A program made the translations under genes and the position numbers. Shown piece by piece: positions 20,556 through 29,796 of a stretch of DNA of 64,000 nucleotides. The notes under the pieces were generated by a model, which saw only the letters and a program-made list of their open reading frames with translations, was not told the origin of the DNA and searched no databases. The stretch's first letter is position 1; every line of letters begins with the position of its first letter. Origin of the DNA: Planctomycetota bacterium (GTDB lineage Bacteria; Planctomycetota; PLA2; JAEUHO01); the NCBI GenBank assembly GCA_965223505.1, contig CBDCWP010000038.1, positions 128,001-192,000 on the forward strand. Direction: 5' to 3'.

Positions 20556-21873
20556 GGTCTTCCAGACCGTCGAGCGAAGGATCCTCCGGCAGCGACTCGA
20601 GGCCCTTCAGGAACGTCCCGGGCATCCAGTCGGCGGTGCTCAGCTTCATCCCGCGCTTGCCGGTCTTCAACGCACGCTTCTTGTCGCCGGCGAAGAGCTG
20701 CATCTCGGCCAGGTCGTAGAACGACCACGGCACGTCGATCGGCGGCTCGTGCTCGACCTGCGACTCGCGGAATCCCTCGGCCTTGATGAGCATTCGATTC
20801 GTCTTGTCGTCGAGCGTCCACTTGCCGTCGCGACGGGCCCGCAGCTTCAGCGCGTTGAGCAGCGGATAGGCGTGGCCGTTCGACACCTCGACCGACTTCT
20901 CGTAACAGCGCAGGGCCTCCGCCTCGTCGCCGGCGCGCTTCATCACCCCGCCGAGACTGGCCCACGCGTCGAAGTCGTTGGGCGCGTACTGCACCGCCTT
21001 GCGCAGCGACTCCTCGCCGGCGCGCGGAATCGTCTTGCCGTCCTTCTTGTTCTGGGCGATCCCCAGCTCGCGATAGGCCTCGCCGTAGCTCGACTCCTCG
21101 CGGTTGCCCAGCTTGGCTTCCTTCGCCAACGCCGAGTGCATGAGCGCGATCACCTTGTCCCACTCGCCCTGGCTCTTGGGGTGGGCGCTCGCCTTGAGAT
21201 CGTGGAGCGGGTTGTCGGGGTCGAGCTCCGCGGCGCGCTCCCAAAGCGCCGCGGCTTCCTGCGGCTTCTCGTTGCGCAGGGCGTTCTCCGCCTGCATGAG
21301 AATGTCCTCGAGTGCGTCGGCCTGTGGCGCCTCCTGCTGTCCGCGCAGGGCGAGTCGAATCGGGCTGTCCCACGCGTTCTGCTCGAGGGACTCGGTGAGT
21401 ACCTGCCGGATGAGCTTCTTCGACTTCTTGCGATGCTTCTTCGGTTCGATGATGTAGGGAAACGCCTTGATCTGGTTGATGTCGAACGGAATCGGTGCGT
21501 CTTCCTGCCGAAAGATCACCGTGCCCGACTCGTGCGCGCGGTGACGGGCGCCCAGCTCGTAGAAGACGTTGGCGTTCAGACCCGTGATGTCGGCGAGCGC
21601 GAAGCGCGAGTACTCGATGTACTCGAACATGGCCTGGCTGATGTCGCCCGAGAAGAAGTCCTTGTCCGTGCGCTTCGCGCGTAGCGTTCCGCCGCCCTCG
21701 GACGCGGGGAGCTCGACGGCATTGATGGCCGGCTCGAAGACCTTCTCGTAGATCTTGTCGAAGTTGACCTTCCGCTTCTTCTTGCCCGCCCCCACTTCCT
21801 TCTTGCCGAAGGGCATGATGACGAAACACACGTCGCGATAGCGTGACGGATCACTCTTGGCAGCTTCAGGCAT
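20500..21873 (-). CDS. Nucleoside-deoxyribosyltransferase/DRHyd-like N-terminal domain plus TPR protein (DUF4071/ASK-like architecture)
   Basis: CFVIMPFG, ADITGLNANVFYELGARH and PIPFDI motifs, followed by TPR helices. Confidence 0.75.
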   Translation of the reverse strand: MPEAAKSDPSRYRDVCFVIMPFGKKEVGAGKKKRKVNFDKIYEKVFEPAINAVELPASEGGGTLRAKRTDKDFFSGDISQAMFEYIEYSRFALADITGLNANVFYELGARHRAHESGTVIFRQEDAPIPFDINQIKAFPYIIEPKKHRKKSKKLIRQVLTESLEQNAWDSPIRLALRGQQEAPQADALEDILMQAENALRNEKPQEAAALWERAAELDPDNPLHDLKASAHPKSQGEWDKVIALMHSALAKEAKLGNREESSYGEAYRELGIAQNKKDGKTIPRAGEESLRKAVQYAPNDFDAWASLGGVMKRAGDEAEALRCYEKSVEVSNGHAYPLLNALKLRARRDGKWTLDDKTNRMLIKAEGFRESQVEHEPPIDVPWSFYDLAEMQLFAGDKKRALKTGKRGMKLSTADWMPGTFLKGLESLPEDPSLDGLEDLKALAKERLAELGQPEAS

Positions 21874-21988
21874 GTCCGGGTCCCCGTGATCAACGTCCCG
21901 AGCATAGCGGGTTTCTGGAACGTGTTCATTACTCTGCGGATTTCGGAATTGGGTAGGCTGGCCGCCGTCACGGATGCGGAGGTGCGGA

Positions 21989-22702
21989 ATGCCCGATGTG
22001 GTTTCGATGGCCGAGTGGATCGAGGCACGGCGTGTGCTGCTGACCAAGGAGAAGGAGCTCACGCGGCTTCGCGACGAGGTCGCCCGGCAGCGGCGCGACC
22101 TGCCGTGGGTGCGCGTGGAGAAGGCCTACGCATTCGAGGGAACCGGCGGGACGAAGTCGCTCGGCGATCTGTTCGCCGGTCGCAGCCAGCTCATCGTCTA
22201 CCACTTCATGTTCGATCCGACCTGGGAGGCAGGCTGCAAGAGCTGCGCGTTCGTCACCGATCACTTCGACGCGGCCGTCCCGCACCTGAACGCGCGCGAC
22301 GTCACGCTCGTCGTCGTCTCCCGGGCGCCGCTGGCGACGCTGCAGGCGTTTCGCGCACGCATGGGCTGGAAGTTCGAGTGGCTGTCGTCCCACGACTCCG
22401 ACTTCAACTACGACTACGACGTCTCGTTCACGCCCGAGCAGGAGCAGTCTGGCGAGATTCGGTACAACTTCCGCCCGACGCAGTACTTCGCTTCCGAGGG
22501 CCCCGGCATCAGCGTGTTCGCGAAAGACGGCGACGAGATCTTCCACACGTACTCGAGCTACTCGCGTGGACTCGACCTGCTCATCGGCGCGTACAACCTG
22601 ATCGACCTCACACCGAAGGGGCGGCAGGAAGAGGGCCTGCCGTTCGCGATGGCGTGGGTGCGCCATCACGACAGCTACGACGAGAGTTCCGTCTCTCCCT
22701 AG
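21989..22702 (+). CDS. DUF899 thioredoxin-like protein
   Basis: EKELTR, QLIVYHFMF, GCKSC and DLTPKGR motifs. Confidence 0.92.
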   Translation: MPDVVSMAEWIEARRVLLTKEKELTRLRDEVARQRRDLPWVRVEKAYAFEGTGGTKSLGDLFAGRSQLIVYHFMFDPTWEAGCKSCAFVTDHFDAAVPHLNARDVTLVVVSRAPLATLQAFRARMGWKFEWLSSHDSDFNYDYDVSFTPEQEQSGEIRYNFRPTQYFASEGPGISVFAKDGDEIFHTYSSYSRGLDLLIGAYNLIDLTPKGRQEEGLPFAMAWVRHHDSYDESSVSP

Positions 22703-22708
22703 CCCGGG

Positions 22709-24136
22709 CTACGAGGACTGGGCAAAGGACTCACGTTCGATGTCGAGGCTGCGCATGATCCGCTGCAGCGCGGCGCGCGTCATGCCGCACGTCTGCGCGG
22801 CCCGCGTCACGTTGCCCTCCGCCTCGCGAAGCGCGCGCTCGATGTAGCTGCGCTGGAACATCTGCACCGCTTGCTGCTTCGCCTGCTCGTACGGCAACGG
22901 ACCTGTGTCGGCGTCGTCCCCCGACCCGAGACCGAGGTGGGCGGGACGAATCTCGCCGCCGTCCGATACGACCAACGCGCGTTGAATGCAATTCTCCAGC
23001 TCACGCACGTTGCCGGGCCAGGCGTAGTTGCGCAGCGCCTCGAGCGCCGCCGAGGAGAGGCTCAACGTGTGGCTTCGAAGCGCCGGGACGGCTTCCGCGT
23101 ACTTCGCCATGAAGTGCATCGCCAACGCGGTGATGTCCTCCGGACGTTCGCGCAGCGGCGGCACGTCGATCGTGACGACGTTGAGCCGATAGTAGAGGTC
23201 TTCGCGGAACGCGCCCTCGGCCATGCGCTGCTCGAGGTCCTGCGCGGTCGCCGCGATCAACCGGAAGTCGACGGAGACCGGGCGCGACGTGCCGAGCGGC
23301 ACGACCTTGCGCTCCTGCAGCACCCGCAGCAGCTTGCCCTGGAACGGCCGCGACATCAGGCCGATCTCGTCGAGGAACACCGTCCCCCCGTCGGCCTGCT
23401 CGAAGATGCCCTTGCGATCCCGAACGGCGCCCGTGAACGCGCCGCGTTTGTGACCGAACAGCTCGGACTCGAGCAGCGTGTCCGGTAGCGCCGCGGTGTT
23501 CACCGCGAGAAACGGCTTGTCGTGCACCGCGCTCTTGCGGTGGGTCGCGAGCGCGACGAGCTCCTTGCCGACGCCGCTCTCGCCCGTGATCAGCACCGAC
23601 ATGGACGTCGGCGCGACCTGCGCGATGCGTTCGAGCACGGGCGTCATGCGCGCGTCGCGCGAGATGAACGGGCTCGATCCGCCGCGCCGGGTCCGGTCGG
23701 ACCGAACGCGCTCGTCCATGAGCGCCTGCATGCCGAACGATCGCATCGCGTTCTGCATCTCGTCGTTGTCGAACGGCTTCGTGATGAAGTGCGAGGCGCC
23801 GCGGTGCATCGCCGAGACCGCCATGTCGATCGTGCCGAAGCCGGTCACGAGGATCACGCGCACCCGCGGAAGCCGCTTGTGCACCTCGTCGAGCAGCTCG
23901 AGCCCGGAGAGCCCGGGCATCGTGATGTCGGAGACGATGACGTGCGGCGTCCAGGTCTGCAGCCGCGCCAGCGCGTCCTCCGCGCTGCCTTCGGCCTTCA
24001 CCTCGGCACCGAGCGCCTCCGCCAACATCGCCAGCCCGAGCCGAACGTCCGCCTCGTCGTCGACGACGAGCATGCGACAGGTTCCGGGCTCGAAGACGCG
24101 TTCCGATTCCGTCACGGTGCTCGCCTCACTCGTCAT
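22709..24136 (-). CDS. Sigma54-dependent response regulator (NtrC/AtoC family)
   Basis: Receiver domain, GESGVGKE, ESELFGHKRGAFTGA, WPGNVREL, C-terminal HTH. Confidence 0.95.
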   Translation of the reverse strand: MTSEASTVTESERVFEPGTCRMLVVDDEADVRLGLAMLAEALGAEVKAEGSAEDALARLQTWTPHVIVSDITMPGLSGLELLDEVHKRLPRVRVILVTGFGTIDMAVSAMHRGASHFITKPFDNDEMQNAMRSFGMQALMDERVRSDRTRRGGSSPFISRDARMTPVLERIAQVAPTSMSVLITGESGVGKELVALATHRKSAVHDKPFLAVNTAALPDTLLESELFGHKRGAFTGAVRDRKGIFEQADGGTVFLDEIGLMSRPFQGKLLRVLQERKVVPLGTSRPVSVDFRLIAATAQDLEQRMAEGAFREDLYYRLNVVTIDVPPLRERPEDITALAMHFMAKYAEAVPALRSHTLSLSSAALEALRNYAWPGNVRELENCIQRALVVSDGGEIRPAHLGLGSGDDADTGPLPYEQAKQQAVQMFQRSYIERALREAEGNVTRAAQTCGMTRAALQRIMRSLDIERESFAQSS

Positions 24137-26339
24137 GATTGCTCCCCGCCCCCACCGGTGCGTCCATGCGCGCTTCCGTGCGCCACGCGGCGCGGTCGGC
24201 CTTGCGCGGCAAACGCACGGCGAACGTCGTTCCTTCGGCCCCGGTTGCGAGCAGCTCGAGCTCGCCACCGTGCTCCTGCACGATCCGGCGCGACGTCGGC
24301 AGTCCCAGACCCGTGCCGACCCCCGCGCCCTTCGTGGTGAAGAACGGCTCGAACACGCGCGGCCGCACGGCTTCCGGGATGCCGGTGCCGTCGTCCTGCA
24401 CCTCCACCTCGATGCGATCGCCCTGATCGCGCGTCGTGATGCGCACGGTGCCGCCCTCGGGGCAGGCCTGCGCCGCGTTCATCAGGAGATTGATGAACAC
24501 CTGTCGCAGCTGGACCTCGTCGCCGACGATCACCGATCGGGTCGCGCCGGCGCTCACGTCCAGCGCAACGCGGGCACGCTGCAGGATCGGACGCAGGAAG
24601 CCCTGCACGTCGTCGATGAGATCATGGACGTCGAAGGGCGCCGTCTCGAAGGAGCCGCGCGCGGCCAGGTCGAGCAGTCCCGAGATGGTCTGCTTGCACG
24701 TCTTCACGTTGCGGCCGATGACGTCGGCGCTCTCGTGCAACGTCGTGCCGGGCTCGAGCTTCTTCTGCAGCATCTGCGCGAACATCGAGATCGCGGCAAG
24801 CGGGTTGTTGAGCTCGTGCGCCATGACCGCCGCGATCTCGCCGAGCACCGACATGCGCTCCTGATGCGCTTGCGACTCCTGCAGACCGATGCGCTCGGTG
24901 AGGTCGCGCGAAACGCACAATCGGCTGGGCGTGCTACCGGGCGCCGCCGGCAACGTGGTCGTGTGCACCTCGAAGATGCGTCCGTCGTTCTCGACCACGC
25001 AGGCCTGATGTCCGCTGTCGACGTCCGCCAGACACGAGAGGCAACCGCCCTCGGGACGTGCGGCGTGCTTGCAATCCAGACGCCGCGACTCTTGCGAACG
25101 CCGCCGGAACGCTTCGACGATCGGCCCGGCCGCGGCGTTGGCCAGCGTGACGCCGCCCCCCGCGTCCAGGATGAAGAGGCCGTCTTCCATCGAATGGATG
25201 ACGGCGTGCAGCCGGTCGCGCTCGAGGCGGATGTCCTGCTCGCGGCCGCGCAAGGTCTGCGCCGCCGCCTCGAGCTGCTGGCGGCGGTCCTCCATGGCGT
25301 CGGCCATGACGTTGAACGCGTTGGCGAGGTCGCCGATCTCGTCGCCGGACTCGTGGTCGACACGGGCCTGTAGATCGCCCGCCCCGATCTTGCGCGCCGT
25401 CTCCGCGATGTTCGAGAGCGGGTTGAGCAGGAACCGTACGGGAAAGAACAGAACGCCGGCCGTCAACAGCAGCAACGCCAGACCGATGAGCAGGTACTGG
25501 TTGCGCAGCTTGTCGGCGGGCGCGATCGCCTGCGCCCGATCCACGCCGAGGCCCATCTGCCAACCGGTTCGCGCGACGGACCTCCGATACCCGATCACGG
25601 CGGGGTCGTCGAGATCCGCGGCCTTCGACGACGACGCGTTCAGCAGGTCGAGCGTCACCCCGTCGCGTCCCGTGAGCTGCAGGCTGGACAGCGTCATCTG
25701 CGGCAACGTGCCCAGCTCCGTCATGCCGGCGATCCAGGTGTCCGCCCGCACGACGAGTTGCAGCGTGCCGACGCGCCCGTCGCCCGTGAGCGGACGCAGC
25801 GGCGTCGAGATGCGAAACGTCGGATAGGGGTGCTGCGCGGTCGCCGCCGTCAGATCGCCGACGGTGGTGGCGTCGACGGCCGCGCCGGCCGCGTCGCCTT
25901 CGACCCCGGCCGGCGAAGCGACGTGCACCCGGCCGTCGGTCGTGAGCAACACCGCGCCGACGAACGAGGGAACGAGCGGCAGCTTGTTGTCGCGCAGGTG
26001 CTGCTCGAGCGCCGCGTGGACCGCGGACGCGGCGTCGCCGTCGTCGTGGGACCGGTGCTCGACGAGCTGGGAGAGGCTCGACCGAATGAACCCGTCGCTC
26101 GCGAAGTCCTCCGCGCGGCGTCCGTGTAGATCCAGATGACCCTCGACGACGACGTGCACCGAGGCGGCGCGTTCGTCGAGACGGCGCTCGATTTGCTCCG
26201 TGAGCGCCGTACGCGCCTCCGAGGTCAGCACCACGCCGCCGATGCCGAACGCGACGAGGCAGATGGCGAGAAACGTCAAGGGCAGCTTGTAGCGGATGCG
26301 AACACGGGACAGCGGATCACGCAACGCCGACGCTCCCAC
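24126..26339 (-). CDS. Membrane sensor histidine kinase (HAMP, Cys-rich PAS, HisKA, HATPase)
   Basis: Two TMs, DEIGDLA, AHELNNPL, FEPFFTTK and GTGLGL motifs. Confidence 0.93.
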   Translation of the reverse strand: MGASALRDPLSRVRIRYKLPLTFLAICLVAFGIGGVVLTSEARTALTEQIERRLDERAASVHVVVEGHLDLHGRRAEDFASDGFIRSSLSQLVEHRSHDDGDAASAVHAALEQHLRDNKLPLVPSFVGAVLLTTDGRVHVASPAGVEGDAAGAAVDATTVGDLTAATAQHPYPTFRISTPLRPLTGDGRVGTLQLVVRADTWIAGMTELGTLPQMTLSSLQLTGRDGVTLDLLNASSSKAADLDDPAVIGYRRSVARTGWQMGLGVDRAQAIAPADKLRNQYLLIGLALLLLTAGVLFFPVRFLLNPLSNIAETARKIGAGDLQARVDHESGDEIGDLANAFNVMADAMEDRRQQLEAAAQTLRGREQDIRLERDRLHAVIHSMEDGLFILDAGGGVTLANAAAGPIVEAFRRRSQESRRLDCKHAARPEGGCLSCLADVDSGHQACVVENDGRIFEVHTTTLPAAPGSTPSRLCVSRDLTERIGLQESQAHQERMSVLGEIAAVMAHELNNPLAAISMFAQMLQKKLEPGTTLHESADVIGRNVKTCKQTISGLLDLAARGSFETAPFDVHDLIDDVQGFLRPILQRARVALDVSAGATRSVIVGDEVQLRQVFINLLMNAAQACPEGGTVRITTRDQGDRIEVEVQDDGTGIPEAVRPRVFEPFFTTKGAGVGTGLGLPTSRRIVQEHGGELELLATGAEGTTFAVRLPRKADRAAWRTEARMDAPVGAGSNHDE

Positions 26340-27249
26340 TGCCGACGCCGTCGATGATCCGCCGGGCGTTCCCGCCGAACACCTTCACGAGGTCGTCGTC
26401 ATCGGCGCCGAGCTGTTCCAGCGCCTGCTTCTGACCTTCGTACAGGTCCTTGCGCCAGCCACGCGGGAACGTGCTGGAGTCGGTGCCGAAGAGGACGCGG
26501 TCGGGGCCGAAGACGTCCATCGCGCGGTCGAACACTTCGACGAGCGTGAGGCCGCCCGGCTGCGTGCGTCGCCACGAGTTGGACGACGACGTCTCGACGT
26601 ACACGTTCTCGCATTGCACGCCGGCCATCAGGCATTCGCGGAAGAGGCCGGCGCCGAAGTGCGGGATGACGAACGGAACGTGCGGAAACGCGTTGGCCAC
26701 GGGCACGATGCCGAGCGGGTTGGCGTAGGTCGGGTCGTATGGGCGCGGCAACCCGAGCAGGTCGCGAAGCTTGACCTCGAGGATGCCGCAGTGGACGACC
26801 GCGACGGCCTTGTGGCTGTCCAACACCTCGAAGAAGCCGCGACACGAGAGGTCCTCGGGATGGAAGTGGTGCATCGCGGGAAAGAGCAGCACGCCTTTGA
26901 ATCCGCCTTCTTCGAGATGCTGTTCCGCGACCGCGGGCGCGTCGTCGGCGGTCGGATCGACGAGCACGTAGCCGGTGAGCCGCTCGGGCTCGGCGCGCAC
27001 CGCCGCTGACACCGCGTCGGCCTCGTGGGGCAGGCTGGCGAACGTGACCGCGTGGTCGACGCCGTTGGCGTCGAGCTCCGCGATCCAGCGCCGGGTGTGG
27101 GCGCCGACGTCCGGCTCGGGCATCTCGATGCCGGTCTGGTCGGCGACCTGGCGCAGCTTCTCTTCGGGGTCGCCGGGCAGCGGCGACATCCCGGCGAGCG
27201 CGTCGAAGAAGGGGCGCGAGAAGAAGTGCGTATGGGCGTCGAGCAGCAC
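26317..27249 (-). CDS. Amidohydrolase_2 family protein
   Basis: DAHTH, VHCG, PHFG and LFGTDS motifs; overlaps the kinase start. Confidence 0.88.
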   Translation of the reverse strand: MLLDAHTHFFSRPFFDALAGMSPLPGDPEEKLRQVADQTGIEMPEPDVGAHTRRWIAELDANGVDHAVTFASLPHEADAVSAAVRAEPERLTGYVLVDPTADDAPAVAEQHLEEGGFKGVLLFPAMHHFHPEDLSCRGFFEVLDSHKAVAVVHCGILEVKLRDLLGLPRPYDPTYANPLGIVPVANAFPHVPFVIPHFGAGLFRECLMAGVQCENVYVETSSSNSWRRTQPGGLTLVEVFDRAMDVFGPDRVLFGTDSSTFPRGWRKDLYEGQKQALEQLGADDDDLVKVFGGNARRIIDGVGSGSVGVA

Positions 27250-27416
27250 GCGGGACCTCGGGGGCGGAGGAAGGGGCTGCCGGGGAATATCAATCCGTGT
27301 GCCGTAGAGGCCGCGCCCGATGGGCCTGCCGCGGGGGGTCGGGTGTGTGGAATTTTGCGCAATCGCCGGCCGCGACGGTGCGTCGGATCGCGCAGAAATT
27401 GGCCTGCGAACAGGGG

Positions 27417-27446
27417 TTGACAACGACACTAACGAAACACTAACAT
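27417..27446 (+). promoter_or_regulatory. Sigma70 promoter of imuA with internal direct repeat (candidate SOS operator)
   Basis: TTGACA-N18-TAACAT-N6-ATG; ACACTAAC at 27426-27433 and 27437-27444. Confidence 0.7.
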
Positions 27447-27452
27447 ATAGGT

Positions 27453-28310
27453 ATGAACGCCACACCGAAGACCCGGGAAGCCCGCATGGCCGAGATCGCG
27501 CGCGCGTTTCGCAAGTACGCGCGAACGAATGCGGCTTCCTCACAGCTCTCCCGATGTCCCGTCGCTTCTCCCTCCTCGACTCCGTCCTCGACTCCCTCGC
27601 AGATGCACTGTGTGCCGACCGGCTGGCCGGCGTTGGATCGAGTGCTCGGCGCCGGTGGTCTGGCGCGCGGCGCACTGCACGAGTGGTTCGGCGTCGACGC
27701 TCCGGAAGGCGCCTCCCCGCCCGCGACTGTCCCCCCTTTGCATCTGCTCGCCCATCTCGCCGAGCGTGCGACACGACCGACGCCGGTGACCAAACGCACG
27801 AGTGTGCTTTGGATCGGTCGCAAGGTGTGGCCGTACCCGATCGCCATGAGCGCCGCGTTGCTCGAACGCTCCGTCTTCGTGGATCCACCCGACGATCGCA
27901 GCCGCCTGCGCGCGATCGACCTATGTCTGCGCGCGCGTTCGGTGGGCGCCGTCGTCGCCGACGCGCGCGGACTACGCATGGCCGAAAGCCGGCGACTGCA
28001 GCTGGCGGCGCAGGCCGGCGACACCTTCGCCTTGTTGGCGCGACCGTCCGGCGAACGCGACGAGCTCTCGGTCGCCGCGACCCGTTGGCACGTGTCGCGC
28101 GTCGCGAACACCGGCCGCGTGAGCTGGGAGCTCGATCTGCTGCGCTTCAAAGGCTCCCTGCATCGGTCGAATCTCTCTGTCGCCGGCCGTGTCGGCAATC
28201 TGGGGCGGTGGAAGCTGGAGCTCAACGATGCAACGGGTGTTGTCCGTGAACTTCCCGATGTGGTCGGTCGACCTGTTCCGACGAAACGAACAGCAGCGCG
28301 GGTCGGGTAG
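27453..28310 (+). CDS. imuA: ImuA-like RecA-fold accessory protein
   Basis: PTGWPALDRVLGAGGLARGALHE and RRLQLAA motifs; first gene of the cassette. Confidence 0.82.
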   Translation: MNATPKTREARMAEIARAFRKYARTNAASSQLSRCPVASPSSTPSSTPSQMHCVPTGWPALDRVLGAGGLARGALHEWFGVDAPEGASPPATVPPLHLLAHLAERATRPTPVTKRTSVLWIGRKVWPYPIAMSAALLERSVFVDPPDDRSRLRAIDLCLRARSVGAVVADARGLRMAESRRLQLAAQAGDTFALLARPSGERDELSVAATRWHVSRVANTGRVSWELDLLRFKGSLHRSNLSVAGRVGNLGRWKLELNDATGVVRELPDVVGRPVPTKRTAARVG

Positions 28311-29790
28311 CTCGTCCGAAGCGGTCTTGCTGACGGAGACCGCGAACGGACACGAGACCGTCGTGCAATGCTGCGAACGCGCCCGGCGCATGGGCGTGCA
28401 CGCGGGTCTGCATCTGGCCGAGGCGCAAGCACTGCTGGTCGGACATCCGTCTCGCTCCGCGCCGTTCGACGCGCGCCGCGACGACGAGGCGTTGAAGTCG
28501 CTCGCGGCCTGGGCTTCGCGCTTCTCCCCCACCGTGGCCGTGGATCCGTTCGCGCCTTCGGGAACGGGCGGACTCTTGCTCGACATCAAGGGATGCGAGC
28601 GCCTGTTCGGCGGCGAGCAACGGGTGATGAACGCCTTGGCCGACGCCGTTCGACGCTTCGGCATTCGGGTGCGTACGGCCCTGGCGGACACGGTCGGCTG
28701 CGCTTGGGCGGTGGCGCGATTCGGAACGAACGAACGAACGGCCGTTGCGCCGGGCGACGAACGGGCCGTGTTGTCTCCGCTTCCGGTCGAGTCCTTGCGC
28801 ATCGACGAGAAGGCGGTGGACGCGCTGTTCGAGGTCAGCGTGGAACAGATCGGACATCTCTTCGCTCTCTCGCGCCGCGAGCTGGTCGTTCGGTTCGGCG
28901 AAGCGCTCCTATTGCGTCTCGATCAGGCTCTGGGGGAAGCCATGGAGCGGGTCACACCGACGCCGATCGTTCCGCCGCTGCGTCTTCACCGCGAGTTCAA
29001 CGGCGTCGTAAAGAACCTCGAGGCGATCGAACGCACCGTGCACGAGCTGGTGATCGACATCGTCAACGAGCTTCGGCAACGCCAGTGCGGCGCGCGCGAG
29101 CTGAAGATCGAGATGACGCGCGCGTTCCTGGATCCGGTTCGCGAGGTGCTCGTGCTGACACGGCCCAGCGTGGATGCGGATCACTTGTGGGCACTGCTGC
29201 GTCCCAAGATCGAGAAGGTGCATCTGGGGGACGGCGTCGAGCGCATCTCGATCCAAGCGGGCCGCGTCGCGTCGCTTTCGCACCATCAGACGACGACCTG
29301 GAACGCGGGCGACACGCAGCCCACCGACCGCGAGCTGGCCGAGCTCCTGGACGTGCTGGTCGGCGAATGCGGTCCCGAGCGCGTGGTACGCGTCGAGCCG
29401 CTCGCTTCGCACGTTCCCGAGCACGCTTTCGCCTTCCATTCGGTTTTGGGTCGTTCGGTATTGGAGCCGGGGCGAATCGCAGCCACGCCCACATCTCCTG
29501 CCGAACGACCTTCCCTCTTGCTGGATCGACCCGAACCCATCGAGGTGCTGGCGTTGTTGCCCGACGGCCCCCCTTCGTGGTTGCGTTGGCGGAAGCGCGA
29601 ACGCCGGGTCGTTCATGCCGTCGGCCCGGAACGGATCGGCGCGCCGTGGTGGAACGGACGGAGCGAAGATCTCGAACGCTGTCTGGCGTTTCGTGACTAC
29701 TTCAAGATCCAGGACGAGCACGGGCAATGGCTCTGGGTCTTCCGTGGCACCGAGACCGGACGCTGGTTCGTGCACGGAGAGTGGGCGTAG
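28228..29790 (+). CDS. imuB: ImuB, catalytically inactive Y-family polymerase
   Basis: LLDIKGCERLFGGE, GPERI..WW and RDYF motifs. Confidence 0.9.
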   Translation: MQRVLSVNFPMWSVDLFRRNEQQRGSGSSSEAVLLTETANGHETVVQCCERARRMGVHAGLHLAEAQALLVGHPSRSAPFDARRDDEALKSLAAWASRFSPTVAVDPFAPSGTGGLLLDIKGCERLFGGEQRVMNALADAVRRFGIRVRTALADTVGCAWAVARFGTNERTAVAPGDERAVLSPLPVESLRIDEKAVDALFEVSVEQIGHLFALSRRELVVRFGEALLLRLDQALGEAMERVTPTPIVPPLRLHREFNGVVKNLEAIERTVHELVIDIVNELRQRQCGARELKIEMTRAFLDPVREVLVLTRPSVDADHLWALLRPKIEKVHLGDGVERISIQAGRVASLSHHQTTTWNAGDTQPTDRELAELLDVLVGECGPERVVRVEPLASHVPEHAFAFHSVLGRSVLEPGRIAATPTSPAERPSLLLDRPEPIEVLALLPDGPPSWLRWRKRERRVVHAVGPERIGAPWWNGRSEDLERCLAFRDYFKIQDEHGQWLWVFRGTETGRWFVHGEWA

Positions 29791-29796
29791 GCCGCC

